From contig DAOORK010000001.1 of NCBI GenBank assembly GCA_035389185.1, forward strand, positions 695,419-759,418: DNA of 64,000 nt, given 5' to 3'. The translations under genes were made by a program, and so were the position numbers. The stretch comes from Candidatus Woesebacteria bacterium (lineage in GTDB: Bacteria > Patescibacteriota > Microgenomatia > UBA1400 > MFAQ01). Position 1 is the stretch's first letter, and every line of letters starts with the position of its first letter. Positions 20,064-29,267 of the stretch are shown here, in pieces. The notes below the pieces were generated by a model. That model saw only the letters and a program-made list of their open reading frames with translations. It did not search any database and was not told the origin of the DNA.

Positions 20064-20996
20064 ATGGTTTTGAATTTGTTGTCTGCTGTGGTGATGTTTT
20101 TGTTGATGGTGCTGGCCTCGGGAGCGGTTGTAGATGCCGTTGAGAGATATGCGTTTAGACTTCCGGTAAAAAAACAAAGAATGGCGGCGATGTTGATAGG
20201 TTTTTCTTTAGCTTTACCCGAGTTGTTTATTGGAGTGGCTTCGGCATTGGAAGGAAAAACTCAGATTGCTTTGGGAAATATTGCCGGAGCTAATATTGCG
20301 AATCTAAGTTTAGTAGTGGGTGGTTTGGCGGTAGTATCTTCCGTGGTGCCGATTGTGGGAGAGTATCTGCAAAAAGATCTGTGGATAACGATTGGTTTGG
20401 CAATGTTGCCTTTTTTGATGTTGACAGACGGGGTGTTGTCGGGAGTTGAGGGAGCGGTATTAGTAGCAATTTATTTTGTTTATGCAATCTTTATTCCTTC
20501 AAAGAAGAGTAGTTACAAAGAGGTGAGGAAAAAAATCGAAAAACATGAAAAATGGGCCTTACTGATTGTTGCTATTTTGGGATTAATTATTATGTCGGCA
20601 AGTGCTTGGTTGTTGGTTCAAATTGTGGAAAAGGTGGCAAGCGCTTGGAAAACAAATTTGTTCTGGGTGGGAATTACTTTAATGGCCTTTGGAACAACAA
20701 TGCCTGAGCTATTACTTTTGTCTGCCCAGAAAAAGCGAAAGGCGGCTCTAATGTTGCCTAATTTATTAAACAGTGTGGTGATCAACTCAACTCTGGTGAT
20801 TGGACTAGTTGCTTTGATGCAACCGATTGTTTTTGGAGAGTCACTGCAACGTGGATTGGCAGGAATGTTTTTGATATTTATTCTTGGTCTTTTTTGGCTG
20901 TTCACAAAATCAAAAAAGAAACTTGAAAGATGGGAAGGACTCGTATTGATTGGCGTCTATTTGATGTTTGTCGGTTTGGAGATGATCTTTGTCTAG
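20064..20996 (+). CDS. Sodium/calcium antiporter family protein (YrbG-like)
   Basis: Two alpha repeats (LPEL...GNIAGANIAN; GTTMPEL), about 10 TMs. Confidence 0.85.
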   Translation: MVLNLLSAVVMFLLMVLASGAVVDAVERYAFRLPVKKQRMAAMLIGFSLALPELFIGVASALEGKTQIALGNIAGANIANLSLVVGGLAVVSSVVPIVGEYLQKDLWITIGLAMLPFLMLTDGVLSGVEGAVLVAIYFVYAIFIPSKKSSYKEVRKKIEKHEKWALLIVAILGLIIMSASAWLLVQIVEKVASAWKTNLFWVGITLMAFGTTMPELLLLSAQKKRKAALMLPNLLNSVVINSTLVIGLVALMQPIVFGESLQRGLAGMFLIFILGLFWLFTKSKKKLERWEGLVLIGVYLMFVGLEMIFV

Positions 20997-21862
20997 ATAC
21001 CTTCAGCTTCTTCAAGACTTAAAAGGGCGCGGAGCTGGTCAACAATTTTCTTCTTGAGTTCTTTCTTGACAAAGATTGCCTGAAGATTCCTGAAAAACTC
21101 GGGAGCAGATCCCTCTTTTTGATTATGGAATGCTCCACCCATAGGGTATTCTTTTTTTTGGTCAATTTTTTGATTGGTGAGGAGTTTGGTATAAAGAACT
21201 GCGTGTTTTTGAATGAATCGTAGAGTACCCATTTTGCGGAAACGTCTTAGTGAATAAACATAACGAGGTTCTCGGAAGACAGAAAAACTACAGCCGTTGC
21301 GATGGCCTTCGCGAACAAACTCTGCGTCTTCAGCAAAACCGATATTAGGATCGAAACGGGTGTATTTTCCAAATTTAGTTTTAAGACAGCCAATCATTGC
21401 TCCTAAAGCGCCAGGTAAACCAACTAATTGGCCGGTTTCAATTAAAAGATTAAGGTAAGTAGCGATGGTTTTGTCAGCTTGTCTTTTGGAATCGGGAAGA
21501 CACCATGTGGTAAACATGTCTGCGGGTTTGACATCCAAGTGGTATTTAACACCCTCTAGAAAGTGTTTGGGAAGCCGATTGTCAGCATCGTTGAAGACGA
21601 GATACTTGCCCCTTCCTGCTTCTCCACCCATGTTTCTCTGAACCGACACATTGCGGATCTTACTGGTGAGGATAGTTAGAGAGGGTAGTTTTTTGTCGAA
21701 TCCTTTAGCTTTAGTGACGGTTTTGTCTTTTGATTCCCCGTCGACGACAATAACCTCAAAGTCTTGTAATGTTTGCTGAGAAAGATCTTTAAGGAGAACA
21801 GGAAGATCCTTTTCTTCGTTGAGACAAGGAATGATAATTGAGAAGAAGGGCACTTTATTCAT
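20993..21862 (-). CDS. Glycosyltransferase family 2
   Basis: SIIIPCLNEE, VVDGES.D.T, QRN.G, DAD motif. Confidence 0.9.
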   Translation of the reverse strand: MNKVPFFSIIIPCLNEEKDLPVLLKDLSQQTLQDFEVIVVDGESKDKTVTKAKGFDKKLPSLTILTSKIRNVSVQRNMGGEAGRGKYLVFNDADNRLPKHFLEGVKYHLDVKPADMFTTWCLPDSKRQADKTIATYLNLLIETGQLVGLPGALGAMIGCLKTKFGKYTRFDPNIGFAEDAEFVREGHRNGCSFSVFREPRYVYSLRRFRKMGTLRFIQKHAVLYTKLLTNQKIDQKKEYPMGGAFHNQKEGSAPEFFRNLQAIFVKKELKKKIVDQLRALLSLEEAEGI

Positions 21863-21880
21863 AGCTGATAGAATTATAGT

Positions 21881-22411
21881 ATGTATTTAATCGTTGGTTT
21901 GGGAAATCCTGGTGTTGAGTATGAAAGATCAAGACATAATGCCGGATTTTTATTTGTAGAACACCTGTTTAAAAAAATGGAGTTTTCTTTGGATAAAAAG
22001 TTTGAGTCAGAGATCTGGAAGATAGATGATTTTATTTTGGCGAAACCACAAACGTTTATGAACGAATCGGGAAGAGCGATTCGAAAAATTATGGATTATT
22101 TCAAACTGGGAATATCCAGTTTGATAGTTGTACACGACGACCTGGATATCGCTTTTGGGGAGTACAAAATTCAAAAAGAAAAAGGGCCAAAGGTACACAA
22201 TGGCTTAAAATCGACGGAACAGTATTTAGGTAGAAGTGATTTTTGGCGGGTGAGAATTGGAGTAGATAATCGACAGCCGGGAGTGAACTATGGAACTGGA
22301 GCTGATTATGTCCTGTCTCGTTTTTCCAACGAGGAGATGAAGGAACTGGATAAGGTGATTGAAGAAGCAAAAAAAGAGTTAATAGAAATATTGGGTTTGA
22401 ATAATAAATAA
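21881..22411 (+). CDS. pth: Peptidyl-tRNA hydrolase
   Basis: LIVGLGNPG..Y..SRHNAGF, KPQTFMNESG, HDDLD, HNGL. Confidence 0.96.
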   Translation: MYLIVGLGNPGVEYERSRHNAGFLFVEHLFKKMEFSLDKKFESEIWKIDDFILAKPQTFMNESGRAIRKIMDYFKLGISSLIVVHDDLDIAFGEYKIQKEKGPKVHNGLKSTEQYLGRSDFWRVRIGVDNRQPGVNYGTGADYVLSRFSNEEMKELDKVIEEAKKELIEILGLNNK

Positions 22412-22413
22412 GG

Positions 22414-22710
22414 ATGGGAAACACTGGTTTTAAACCGATTATAAGTATCATGGATAGGTATGATTTGGAGGAAACAAAACAAAGGCGAATTAGCCGAGAG
22501 TTTCAAGATTATGCATATCGACTTGCTGTTGAGCTGGGAGACACAGCACATACAGCGATTTATATGCGGTTGGCTAAGAACACACCAAGGCCTGAAATTG
22601 AACAGGCAAGATTGTTTGTTTTGGGGGCAAACAACCCAACAAGCAAGGCCAGACTTTTTATGTGGAAACTAAAACAAATCAGAGACGAAAAAAAGAACGA
22701 GGAAAAATGA
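22414..22710 (+). CDS. Hypothetical protein
   Basis: 98-aa ORF in operon context, helical composition. Confidence 0.7.
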   Translation: MGNTGFKPIISIMDRYDLEETKQRRISREFQDYAYRLAVELGDTAHTAIYMRLAKNTPRPEIEQARLFVLGANNPTSKARLFMWKLKQIRDEKKNEEK

Positions 22711-22732
22711 GACGATTTGCTAAGATTAAAGA

Positions 22733-23995
22733 ATGAGAGATGGTCGCGGAGTTGTAAGATCTACGAAAATGACTGTATGGGGGAAACTAGCGATGATGCT
22801 GGGCATTGTCTTTTTTTTGTATTTGGGTGACGCTATATTGAGTGACTGGATTCCAACATATATGCAGGGAGCGTTGGGAGGATCCTTGTGGATGGGTTTG
22901 ATGATGTCGTTTTCTTCGTTGATTGGTTTTATGGCTGATTTGGTTTTTCCTCAACTATTTAGAAAGGTATCGGAAAGAAGAATGGTGATGTTGGCGATCT
23001 CTGCTGTTTTTATGACAGCCGGAGTTTTGATATGGACGACACATTTCCCCTACGTATCACTATTTCTTTTGGGTGTGGGTATTTGGGGTTTGTACTATGA
23101 ATTTTTGGGTTTTGGAATGACGTCTTACGTGACGAAAATAGCGACTGTAACAGAGAGATCTGGTGTGTGGTCAATAATTGGGGTGGTGAAAAGTATCGCC
23201 TACTGCATTGGCCCGCTTATTGGAAGTTGGCTGTTTGTTTTGCAAGGCAATGTAGCAATAATTTTTGTTTATGCAGGTATGGCGTTAATCGCTTATACGG
23301 TGTGGCTGGCTTTGGGACATAAAAAGAAGAGAGAGTTTGCGGCTACTGAGACGGGAGATACTGAAGGACTCCATATATTGGAAGAAATTGGGTATTGGAA
23401 GGTATTGTTTGGTCGTGTTTGGCCTATTTTACTGGTTAGCTATCTTTTGGGTTTGGTCGATGCAACTTTTTGGACAACAGGAGTGGTATTGTCCGACAAT
23501 TTAGTGGAAAAAAATTGGATTGGGGGATTGTTTTTATCGGCGTTTATGTTGCCAGAGATATTTGTTGGGCTCATTGTTCCGAGGTTGAAAATTTCGGTAG
23601 GAAAAAAGAAATTGGCGGAAAAGTTTTTGTTTATGTCCGGAATATTAACAGTTTGCTTGGGGTTTTTAACCTCGGCTGCAACTATGGTGTTTTTTGCCTT
23701 TCTTATTGGAATGATGATAGCAATTGCTTGGCCTTTGGTGAACGCAGTTTACTCGGACATATTAGCCAGAATGGGAAAGGAACAGAAACACCTCACGGGA
23801 ATGTCAAGTTCGATGGTTAATTTGTCGTATATTACCGGTCCTGTAGTGGCAGGCTTAATGTCGAATGCCATAGGGGAACAAAAAACAATGATGTATATCG
23901 GAATGTTTATTATGGTTGCGGCTTTGTTATTGCTGTTGGTGACACCAAGAAAGTTGAAGTTACCGCAGGCTGAGATTGCCGAATGGAAGTGCTGA
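22733..23995 (+). CDS. MFS transporter
   Basis: 420 aa, about 12 hydrophobic segments, GP..G motifs in both halves. Confidence 0.85.
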   Translation: MRDGRGVVRSTKMTVWGKLAMMLGIVFFLYLGDAILSDWIPTYMQGALGGSLWMGLMMSFSSLIGFMADLVFPQLFRKVSERRMVMLAISAVFMTAGVLIWTTHFPYVSLFLLGVGIWGLYYEFLGFGMTSYVTKIATVTERSGVWSIIGVVKSIAYCIGPLIGSWLFVLQGNVAIIFVYAGMALIAYTVWLALGHKKKREFAATETGDTEGLHILEEIGYWKVLFGRVWPILLVSYLLGLVDATFWTTGVVLSDNLVEKNWIGGLFLSAFMLPEIFVGLIVPRLKISVGKKKLAEKFLFMSGILTVCLGFLTSAATMVFFAFLIGMMIAIAWPLVNAVYSDILARMGKEQKHLTGMSSSMVNLSYITGPVVAGLMSNAIGEQKTMMYIGMFIMVAALLLLLVTPRKLKLPQAEIAEWKC

Positions 23996-24022
23996 AGTAG
24001 GTTGCTGTACAATGAAATATAG

Positions 24023-24577
24023 ATGTTCAGGAACAAACTTTGGCTTCATCAAATAGTATTGTTTGGAGTGTTGGGGTTGTTAATATTGTGGAGTATTTTT
24101 GACCGAAGTTTTATTTTTAGTGTGAGTTTACTTTGGTGGTTATTGGGGGCAGTCGTGGGTTTTGTTTTTGTATTTTCGGATAGACTTTTTAATAGTTTGG
24201 TGGCTAAGCCCAATGAGGTTCTCAACGTAAGGATAAAAGATCTTTTTTCGCAGGGAAAGGTTACTGGAGGACTAAAGCTTTTGTTGGAGGAAAGATATGA
24301 TCAGAGAGAGTTGGTGATGAGGAGTTTTTTATTCATAATTGTGTGGGTTATTCTGGCTATTTTTACCATGACGAGTGTGACAAACTTTTTCGCTAGGGGA
24401 TTTGTTTTGGGTATTGGAATTCATCTGATATTTGATTTGATTTATGACTTTATTACCGATAAGGAAAGACTAGATATGTGGTTTTGGCAAATAAAGAGGA
24501 CGTTAGAGCCGGAAGAAAAAAGATGGTTTGTAGTGATTGCCTTGGTGATTTTTATATTTTTGGCGTTCAGTTTATAG
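24023..24577 (+). CDS. Hypothetical membrane protein
   Basis: About 5 TM segments, HLIFD motif. Confidence 0.75.
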   Translation: MFRNKLWLHQIVLFGVLGLLILWSIFDRSFIFSVSLLWWLLGAVVGFVFVFSDRLFNSLVAKPNEVLNVRIKDLFSQGKVTGGLKLLLEERYDQRELVMRSFLFIIVWVILAIFTMTSVTNFFARGFVLGIGIHLIFDLIYDFITDKERLDMWFWQIKRTLEPEEKRWFVVIALVIFIFLAFSL

Positions 24578-24613
24578 TTGACGAGGGAGTGTTTTTGCTA
24601 TACCATGGGGGGT

Positions 24614-24841
24614 ATGTCAATAGAAGAAAAGAAAAAAATGCAGGTGATGCTTAAAAGAATTCAGGGTCAGGTTGGGGGAATCGAGAGAATGGTGGGAGAT
24701 GATAAGAGCTGTGAGGCAGTACTGACACAGGTTGTAGCCTCAATGAGTTCATTAAAGAGTGTGGCAAAAATGCTTTTGGCAGAGTCCGTTAGCAGTTGTA
24801 CAAAAGAAGAATATACTAAATTATTAAAGAGATTTTTATAA
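24614..24841 (+). CDS. CsoR/RcnR/FrmR-family metal/thiol-sensing repressor
   Basis: LKRIQGQVGGIERMV...C..VLTQ; start at ATG 24614 after a -10-like hexamer. Confidence 0.85.
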   Translation: MSIEEKKKMQVMLKRIQGQVGGIERMVGDDKSCEAVLTQVVASMSSLKSVAKMLLAESVSSCTKEEYTKLLKRFL

Positions 24842-24853
24842 ATTATTTTTAAA

Positions 24854-25177
24854 ATGGAACTAATTCATTTCACAGACGCAAATTTTGAAGAGATGGTGTT
24901 GAAGGCTGATAAGCCGGTGTTAGTAGATTTTTACGCCGATTGGTGTGGTCCTTGCAGGATGGTGGCTCCAGTGATGGAAGAGATGGCAAAGACATTTGGT
25001 GAAAAAGTGATAATTGGAAAAGTGGACGTGGATGCGAATGCGGCTGTGGCAGGTAAATATGGAGTGATGAGTATCCCGACAGTAATTCTTTTTAACCATG
25101 GAGAGGAAGTGGCCAGACAAGTTGGTTTTGGTGGAAAAGAGATATATGAGGAGATGATCAATAAAGCGGTCAAATAA
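24854..25177 (+). CDS. trxA: Thioredoxin
   Basis: WCGPC active site, SIPT. Confidence 0.96.
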   Translation: MELIHFTDANFEEMVLKADKPVLVDFYADWCGPCRMVAPVMEEMAKTFGEKVIIGKVDVDANAAVAGKYGVMSIPTVILFNHGEEVARQVGFGGKEIYEEMINKAVK

Positions 25178-26158
25178 ATGAAGCAGTACGATGTAATTAT
25201 CGTAGGGGGCGGACCGAGTGGTTATACGGCGGCAATCTATTTGGCCCGGGCGGCAATGTCGGTTTTAGTTTTAACGGGTAATCAGCCAGGGGGACAGTTA
25301 ATGAACACAACCGAAGTAGAAAATTTTCCCGGTTTTCCTAAGGGGATTATGGGGCCGGACTTGATGATGGGAATGGAGGAACAAGCGAAAAAATTTGGAG
25401 CAGAAGTAGTTTATTCGGCGGTATCTAAAGTGGAACTTAATGGTGAGATAAAAAAGATATGGGCAGGAGAGACAGAGTACCAGGCTAAAACTGTGATTGT
25501 TTCTACCGGAGCAACATCAAAGATGATTGGGGTGGGCGATGAAGCATATATTGGTCGAGGAGTAAGTACTTGTGCAGTGTGTGATGCGGCTTTTTTCAAA
25601 GGAAAAAAGACAGTAGTGGTTGGAGGAGGAGACGCCGCAATGGAAGACTCTTTGGCCTTAGCGAAATTTGCGGATATTGTTTACCTGATTCATCGAAGAA
25701 ATGAATTCCGGGCAAGCAAGGTGATGCAAGAAAGAGTTCTAAAAAATCCCAAAGTAAAAGTTATTTGGGACAGTGAGGTGATCAAAGTTGCCGGAGAGCC
25801 AACAGTGAAGACAATTGATATAAAGAATATTAAAACAGGGAAGATAGAACAGATGAAGATTGATGGTTTGTTTGTGGCCATTGGGCATGTTCCCACAACA
25901 GGGTTATTTGAGGGAATGTTGGAACTTAATGAGAAAGGGTATTTGATGGTCACGATGACGGCATTGATGTCTTCAGCAAAATGGCGAGTGTCGGAAAAAG
26001 ATATGTGGCTAGATGGCTATCCGACAATGACCTCAGTAGAAGGAGTTTTTGGCTGTGGAGATGTGGTGGACTATCGCTATCGACAGGCAATTACCGCTGC
26101 AGGAATGGGGTGCCAAGCGGCTTTGGATGTAGAGAAATATTTAACTAATCAAAAATAA
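25178..26158 (+). CDS. trxB: Thioredoxin-disulfide reductase
   Basis: GGGPSG, GGQL, CAVCD, GGGDAA, GDV...YRQA. Confidence 0.95.
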   Translation: MKQYDVIIVGGGPSGYTAAIYLARAAMSVLVLTGNQPGGQLMNTTEVENFPGFPKGIMGPDLMMGMEEQAKKFGAEVVYSAVSKVELNGEIKKIWAGETEYQAKTVIVSTGATSKMIGVGDEAYIGRGVSTCAVCDAAFFKGKKTVVVGGGDAAMEDSLALAKFADIVYLIHRRNEFRASKVMQERVLKNPKVKVIWDSEVIKVAGEPTVKTIDIKNIKTGKIEQMKIDGLFVAIGHVPTTGLFEGMLELNEKGYLMVTMTALMSSAKWRVSEKDMWLDGYPTMTSVEGVFGCGDVVDYRYRQAITAAGMGCQAALDVEKYLTNQK

Positions 26159-26770
26159 ATGACTGATATTCAACTGACTGACGAAGAACTAAACATTAAG
26201 GTTCGTGAGCTGATGACTGAGTATGGGGGCGGAAATGATGAGAGTACGGATAATGGTGAAATGCAGGATGTGGTCAATAGTATGGATGAGGTAGTTGGAA
26301 GTTTACCCAGGGGAGTGATTTGGGACAATGATTTGCAAGGACAAACAAGAGTAGTGAATATCTTTGTTGTGGATCAGGAAGATAACGTACTTTTACCGAT
26401 ACGTTCAATGGAAAAAAGATACTTACCTGGTGGTTATGACTTTTCTTGCGGAGAAAATTTAAAAGCGGGAGAAGATTATGAAGAGGGAGTGATTAGGGGA
26501 TTAAGAGAGGAGCTGGGTATTGAAGGAGAACAGCCAAAGGAGATGGGTAGTTTTGCACCCGATCATGGAAAAGGGTTTTTTTGTTTTGGAAAAGTATATT
26601 TAATTGAAGTGGGAGATAAAAGTGAGGTGACTAAATTTAATACAGATGAAATTGAAAGGCTTGAGTGGAAAAGTAAAGATGAAATCTTGGAAATGATTGA
26701 AGATGAGCCCGAGAAGTTTAAGAGAGACTATGAAGGGATATTTCGGATGGCCTTTGGGTTGGAGAAATAG
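26159..26770 (+). CDS. NUDIX hydrolase (IDI/YfcD-like)
   Basis: RS..K..PG.YD.SCG....GE......RGLREELGI Nudix box. Confidence 0.85.
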   Translation: MTDIQLTDEELNIKVRELMTEYGGGNDESTDNGEMQDVVNSMDEVVGSLPRGVIWDNDLQGQTRVVNIFVVDQEDNVLLPIRSMEKRYLPGGYDFSCGENLKAGEDYEEGVIRGLREELGIEGEQPKEMGSFAPDHGKGFFCFGKVYLIEVGDKSEVTKFNTDEIERLEWKSKDEILEMIEDEPEKFKRDYEGIFRMAFGLEK

Positions 26771-26820
26771 ACATGTGTGATAAAATACGAAGCTGTACTC
26801 AAATCTAGTGGAGGTGCACA

Positions 26821-27243
26821 TTGGCAGATAAAGAAGTAACAAAGAGATTTCTTCGGGACATAAATGATTTTATCGATAAAGGTTATTACGACGACGCTAC
26901 CTCGCTATTGAGGGGTAGCAATTTTGTTGAACCCAAACAGGACTGGAATTTGGAAGTCGAAAACCTGCATAGTAATCCGATAGATGGGGAAGAGGAGATC
27001 CTAGCGAAGAAGCTGGATGTTGCCCTTTTGGAAATTGCGGAACATTTAGCTGAGGATATTAAAGTTGGGGATCCAGTGACGTACATGCGGTTAGTTCTCT
27101 GCTTAAATAAGTTAGGTAGAAATTCGCCTAAGAGATTGGTAGAGAAGGTATGGAAAATAGGACATGACTGTCTAGATCGAAATGTTGGTCCAGGTGCGAG
27201 CGGAGAAATTTTTCGTTTAATGTCTTTTCTTCCTATTGTTTGA
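26821..27243 (+). CDS. Hypothetical orphan protein
   Basis: GGAGG SD before TTG, own TGATAAAAT promoter and downstream terminator. Confidence 0.65.
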   Translation: MADKEVTKRFLRDINDFIDKGYYDDATSLLRGSNFVEPKQDWNLEVENLHSNPIDGEEEILAKKLDVALLEIAEHLAEDIKVGDPVTYMRLVLCLNKLGRNSPKRLVEKVWKIGHDCLDRNVGPGASGEIFRLMSFLPIV

Positions 27244-27255
27244 TCTGAGGATATT

Positions 27256-27281
27256 ATCCCGTCTAAATTGCGGGATTTTTT
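27256..27281 (+). terminator. Rho-independent terminator
   Basis: ATCCCG-TCTAAATTG-CGGGAT followed by T run. Confidence 0.7.
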
Positions 27282-27299
27282 GTGCGCTATAATATGGAT

Positions 27300-27456
27300 A
27301 GTGTTGATGAAGAGTCGCGATCTTCGGAGCTTGTGGAGAAATTCACCGGGGTAGCCCGATACAGCACAAAGAGTATGGAAGGGTGGTACCGTTCTATCAA
27401 GAACCCCTGACTTAAGCTAAGATGAATAATCTCGGTTTAAGTGAGGGGTTATTTTT
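27300..27456 (+). promoter_or_regulatory. T-box riboswitch (Arg, specifier CGC), ultrashort stem I, transcriptional attenuator of argS
   Basis: TATAAT 27288-93; stem GAAGA-GTCGCGA-TCTTC with CGC at 27316-18; antiterminator AGGG-TGGTACC-GTTCT-ATCA-AGAAC-CCCT (27380-27408); competing terminator AACCCCT...AGGGGTT-ATTTTT. Confidence 0.88.
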
Positions 27457-27468
27457 ATATTTATAAAA

Positions 27469-29250
27469 ATGAAAATTAAAGAAATAATTAGAGAAGCCGT
27501 GGCCGAGTTTGCCTTGGGTAAGGAGTTTGCCGTGGAACATCCAGCGGATGAAAAGATGGGTGACTATTCTACTAATATTGCGATGGTACTGGCAAAAGAA
27601 CTGGGGAGAAATCCAAGAGAGTTAGCAATAGATTTAGTAAATAAATTGTCGGACAATAAGAATCTATCTAAAATGGTTGAAAAAGACAATATTCAAGTTG
27701 CTGGTCCAGGGTTTATTAATCTTTGGATAAAAGACGAGGTGTTGATTTCGCAATTAAACGAAGCTTTGAAGACGGGTGACAAATTGGGTAATAGTGATTT
27801 TATGAAGGGTAAGAAAGTGATGGTAGAGTATAGCTCCCCCAATATTGCCAAGAGATTTTCTGTTGGCCACCTTCGATCGACAATTATTGGCCAGGCCATA
27901 TTTAATCTATATAAACATAGTGGCGGTGAAGTGACGAATGATAATCACTTGGGTGACTGGGGAACACAGTTTGGAATGATTATTGCAGCGATTGAGGAAG
28001 ATGCAAATTTTAACTGGGACAGTGCAGACATCAATAAATTGGAAGAGATATATGTAGATTTTAATAAGAAAATTGAAGAAAATCCTGAGCTAAGAACTAA
28101 AGCTAAGGATGCATTTCTCCGATTGGAAAAAGGAGATGAATCAGCTCGTAATATTTGGCAAAAGTCAGTAGACATTTCGATGAAAGAGTTTGATGACATT
28201 TATAAAAAGTTGAACGTTGAATTTGAACATGTTTATGGAGAGTCGGCTTTTGAAAGCTTGATGCCTGGTGTAATTGCTGAGGCAAAAGAGAAGAATATTT
28301 CTTCTGTTGGTGAAGAAGGTGCTTTGATTGTCCGATTCGAAGATGAAAATGGGAAAGAAGAAATGCCTCCGGCAATGCTAGTAAAAAGTGACGGATCGAC
28401 AACTTATTTCACAAGAGATTTGGCGACGATAAAAATGAGATTAACCATGCCAGAACTAAAGTGCGATGAATATATATACGAAGTGGGTGGAGAGCAAAGA
28501 CTGCACCTGAAACAAGTATTTGCGACCGCTAGAAAACTGTGGCCTGAAGAAACAAAAAGGGTGGAGTTTGTGCATGTGGCTCATGGGTTATTGAGTTTGC
28601 CTGAAGGGAAAATGAGTACCAGAAAAGGAAACACAATAAAGTTGGAGGATCTATTGGGTTGGGCTGAAAAAAAATCATTTAATATTACTTCCGATAAGGC
28701 AGGATTTGAAATGAAAGATGATTATTGGTTAACAAATAAAAATCAGAACTTATGGCCACACGACGTTGTGAATATGTCCGAAACAATGTCCATTGGAGCT
28801 GTGAAATATAACGAACTTAAGAGATCTCCAATAATGGACTATGTATTTGTAAAAGAAGAGGCAATTTCGATGGACGGGAATAGTGCACCGTATTTGCAGT
28901 ATGTGTATGTAAGAACAAGAGGAGTGTTGAATAAGCTTGGAGAGAACCTTGATAAGGTGATTGCAGGCAAAAAAGAGTTTGAGAACGATGATGAACGAAT
29001 TTTGGCAAGATGGTTGCTATTGAGATTTGTTGAGGGGGAAGTAGTGGAGTCTGCGGCCAGGAACTTTGCACCACAAACTGTATGTGCGTATCTATTTGAG
29101 ACGGCTCAAAAATTCAACGGATTTTATGAAAGAAACAAAGTAGTTGGAGTTGAAAACCAGAGTCTAAGACTAGCCTTGACAGCATTGACCGGCGAAGTAA
29201 TTAAAAAAGGTCTGAAGATTTTGGGAATTGAGACAGTGGAGAAGATGTAA
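27469..29250 (+). CDS. argS: Arginine--tRNA ligase
   Basis: GDYSTN, GPGFIN, EYSSPNIAK..VGHLRST, HLGDWG, KMSTRKG, GNSAPYLQY. Confidence 0.96.
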   Translation: MKIKEIIREAVAEFALGKEFAVEHPADEKMGDYSTNIAMVLAKELGRNPRELAIDLVNKLSDNKNLSKMVEKDNIQVAGPGFINLWIKDEVLISQLNEALKTGDKLGNSDFMKGKKVMVEYSSPNIAKRFSVGHLRSTIIGQAIFNLYKHSGGEVTNDNHLGDWGTQFGMIIAAIEEDANFNWDSADINKLEEIYVDFNKKIEENPELRTKAKDAFLRLEKGDESARNIWQKSVDISMKEFDDIYKKLNVEFEHVYGESAFESLMPGVIAEAKEKNISSVGEEGALIVRFEDENGKEEMPPAMLVKSDGSTTYFTRDLATIKMRLTMPELKCDEYIYEVGGEQRLHLKQVFATARKLWPEETKRVEFVHVAHGLLSLPEGKMSTRKGNTIKLEDLLGWAEKKSFNITSDKAGFEMKDDYWLTNKNQNLWPHDVVNMSETMSIGAVKYNELKRSPIMDYVFVKEEAISMDGNSAPYLQYVYVRTRGVLNKLGENLDKVIAGKKEFENDDERILARWLLLRFVEGEVVESAARNFAPQTVCAYLFETAQKFNGFYERNKVVGVENQSLRLALTALTGEVIKKGLKILGIETVEKM

Positions 29251-29267
29251 ACTGGTAAAATAAACGC

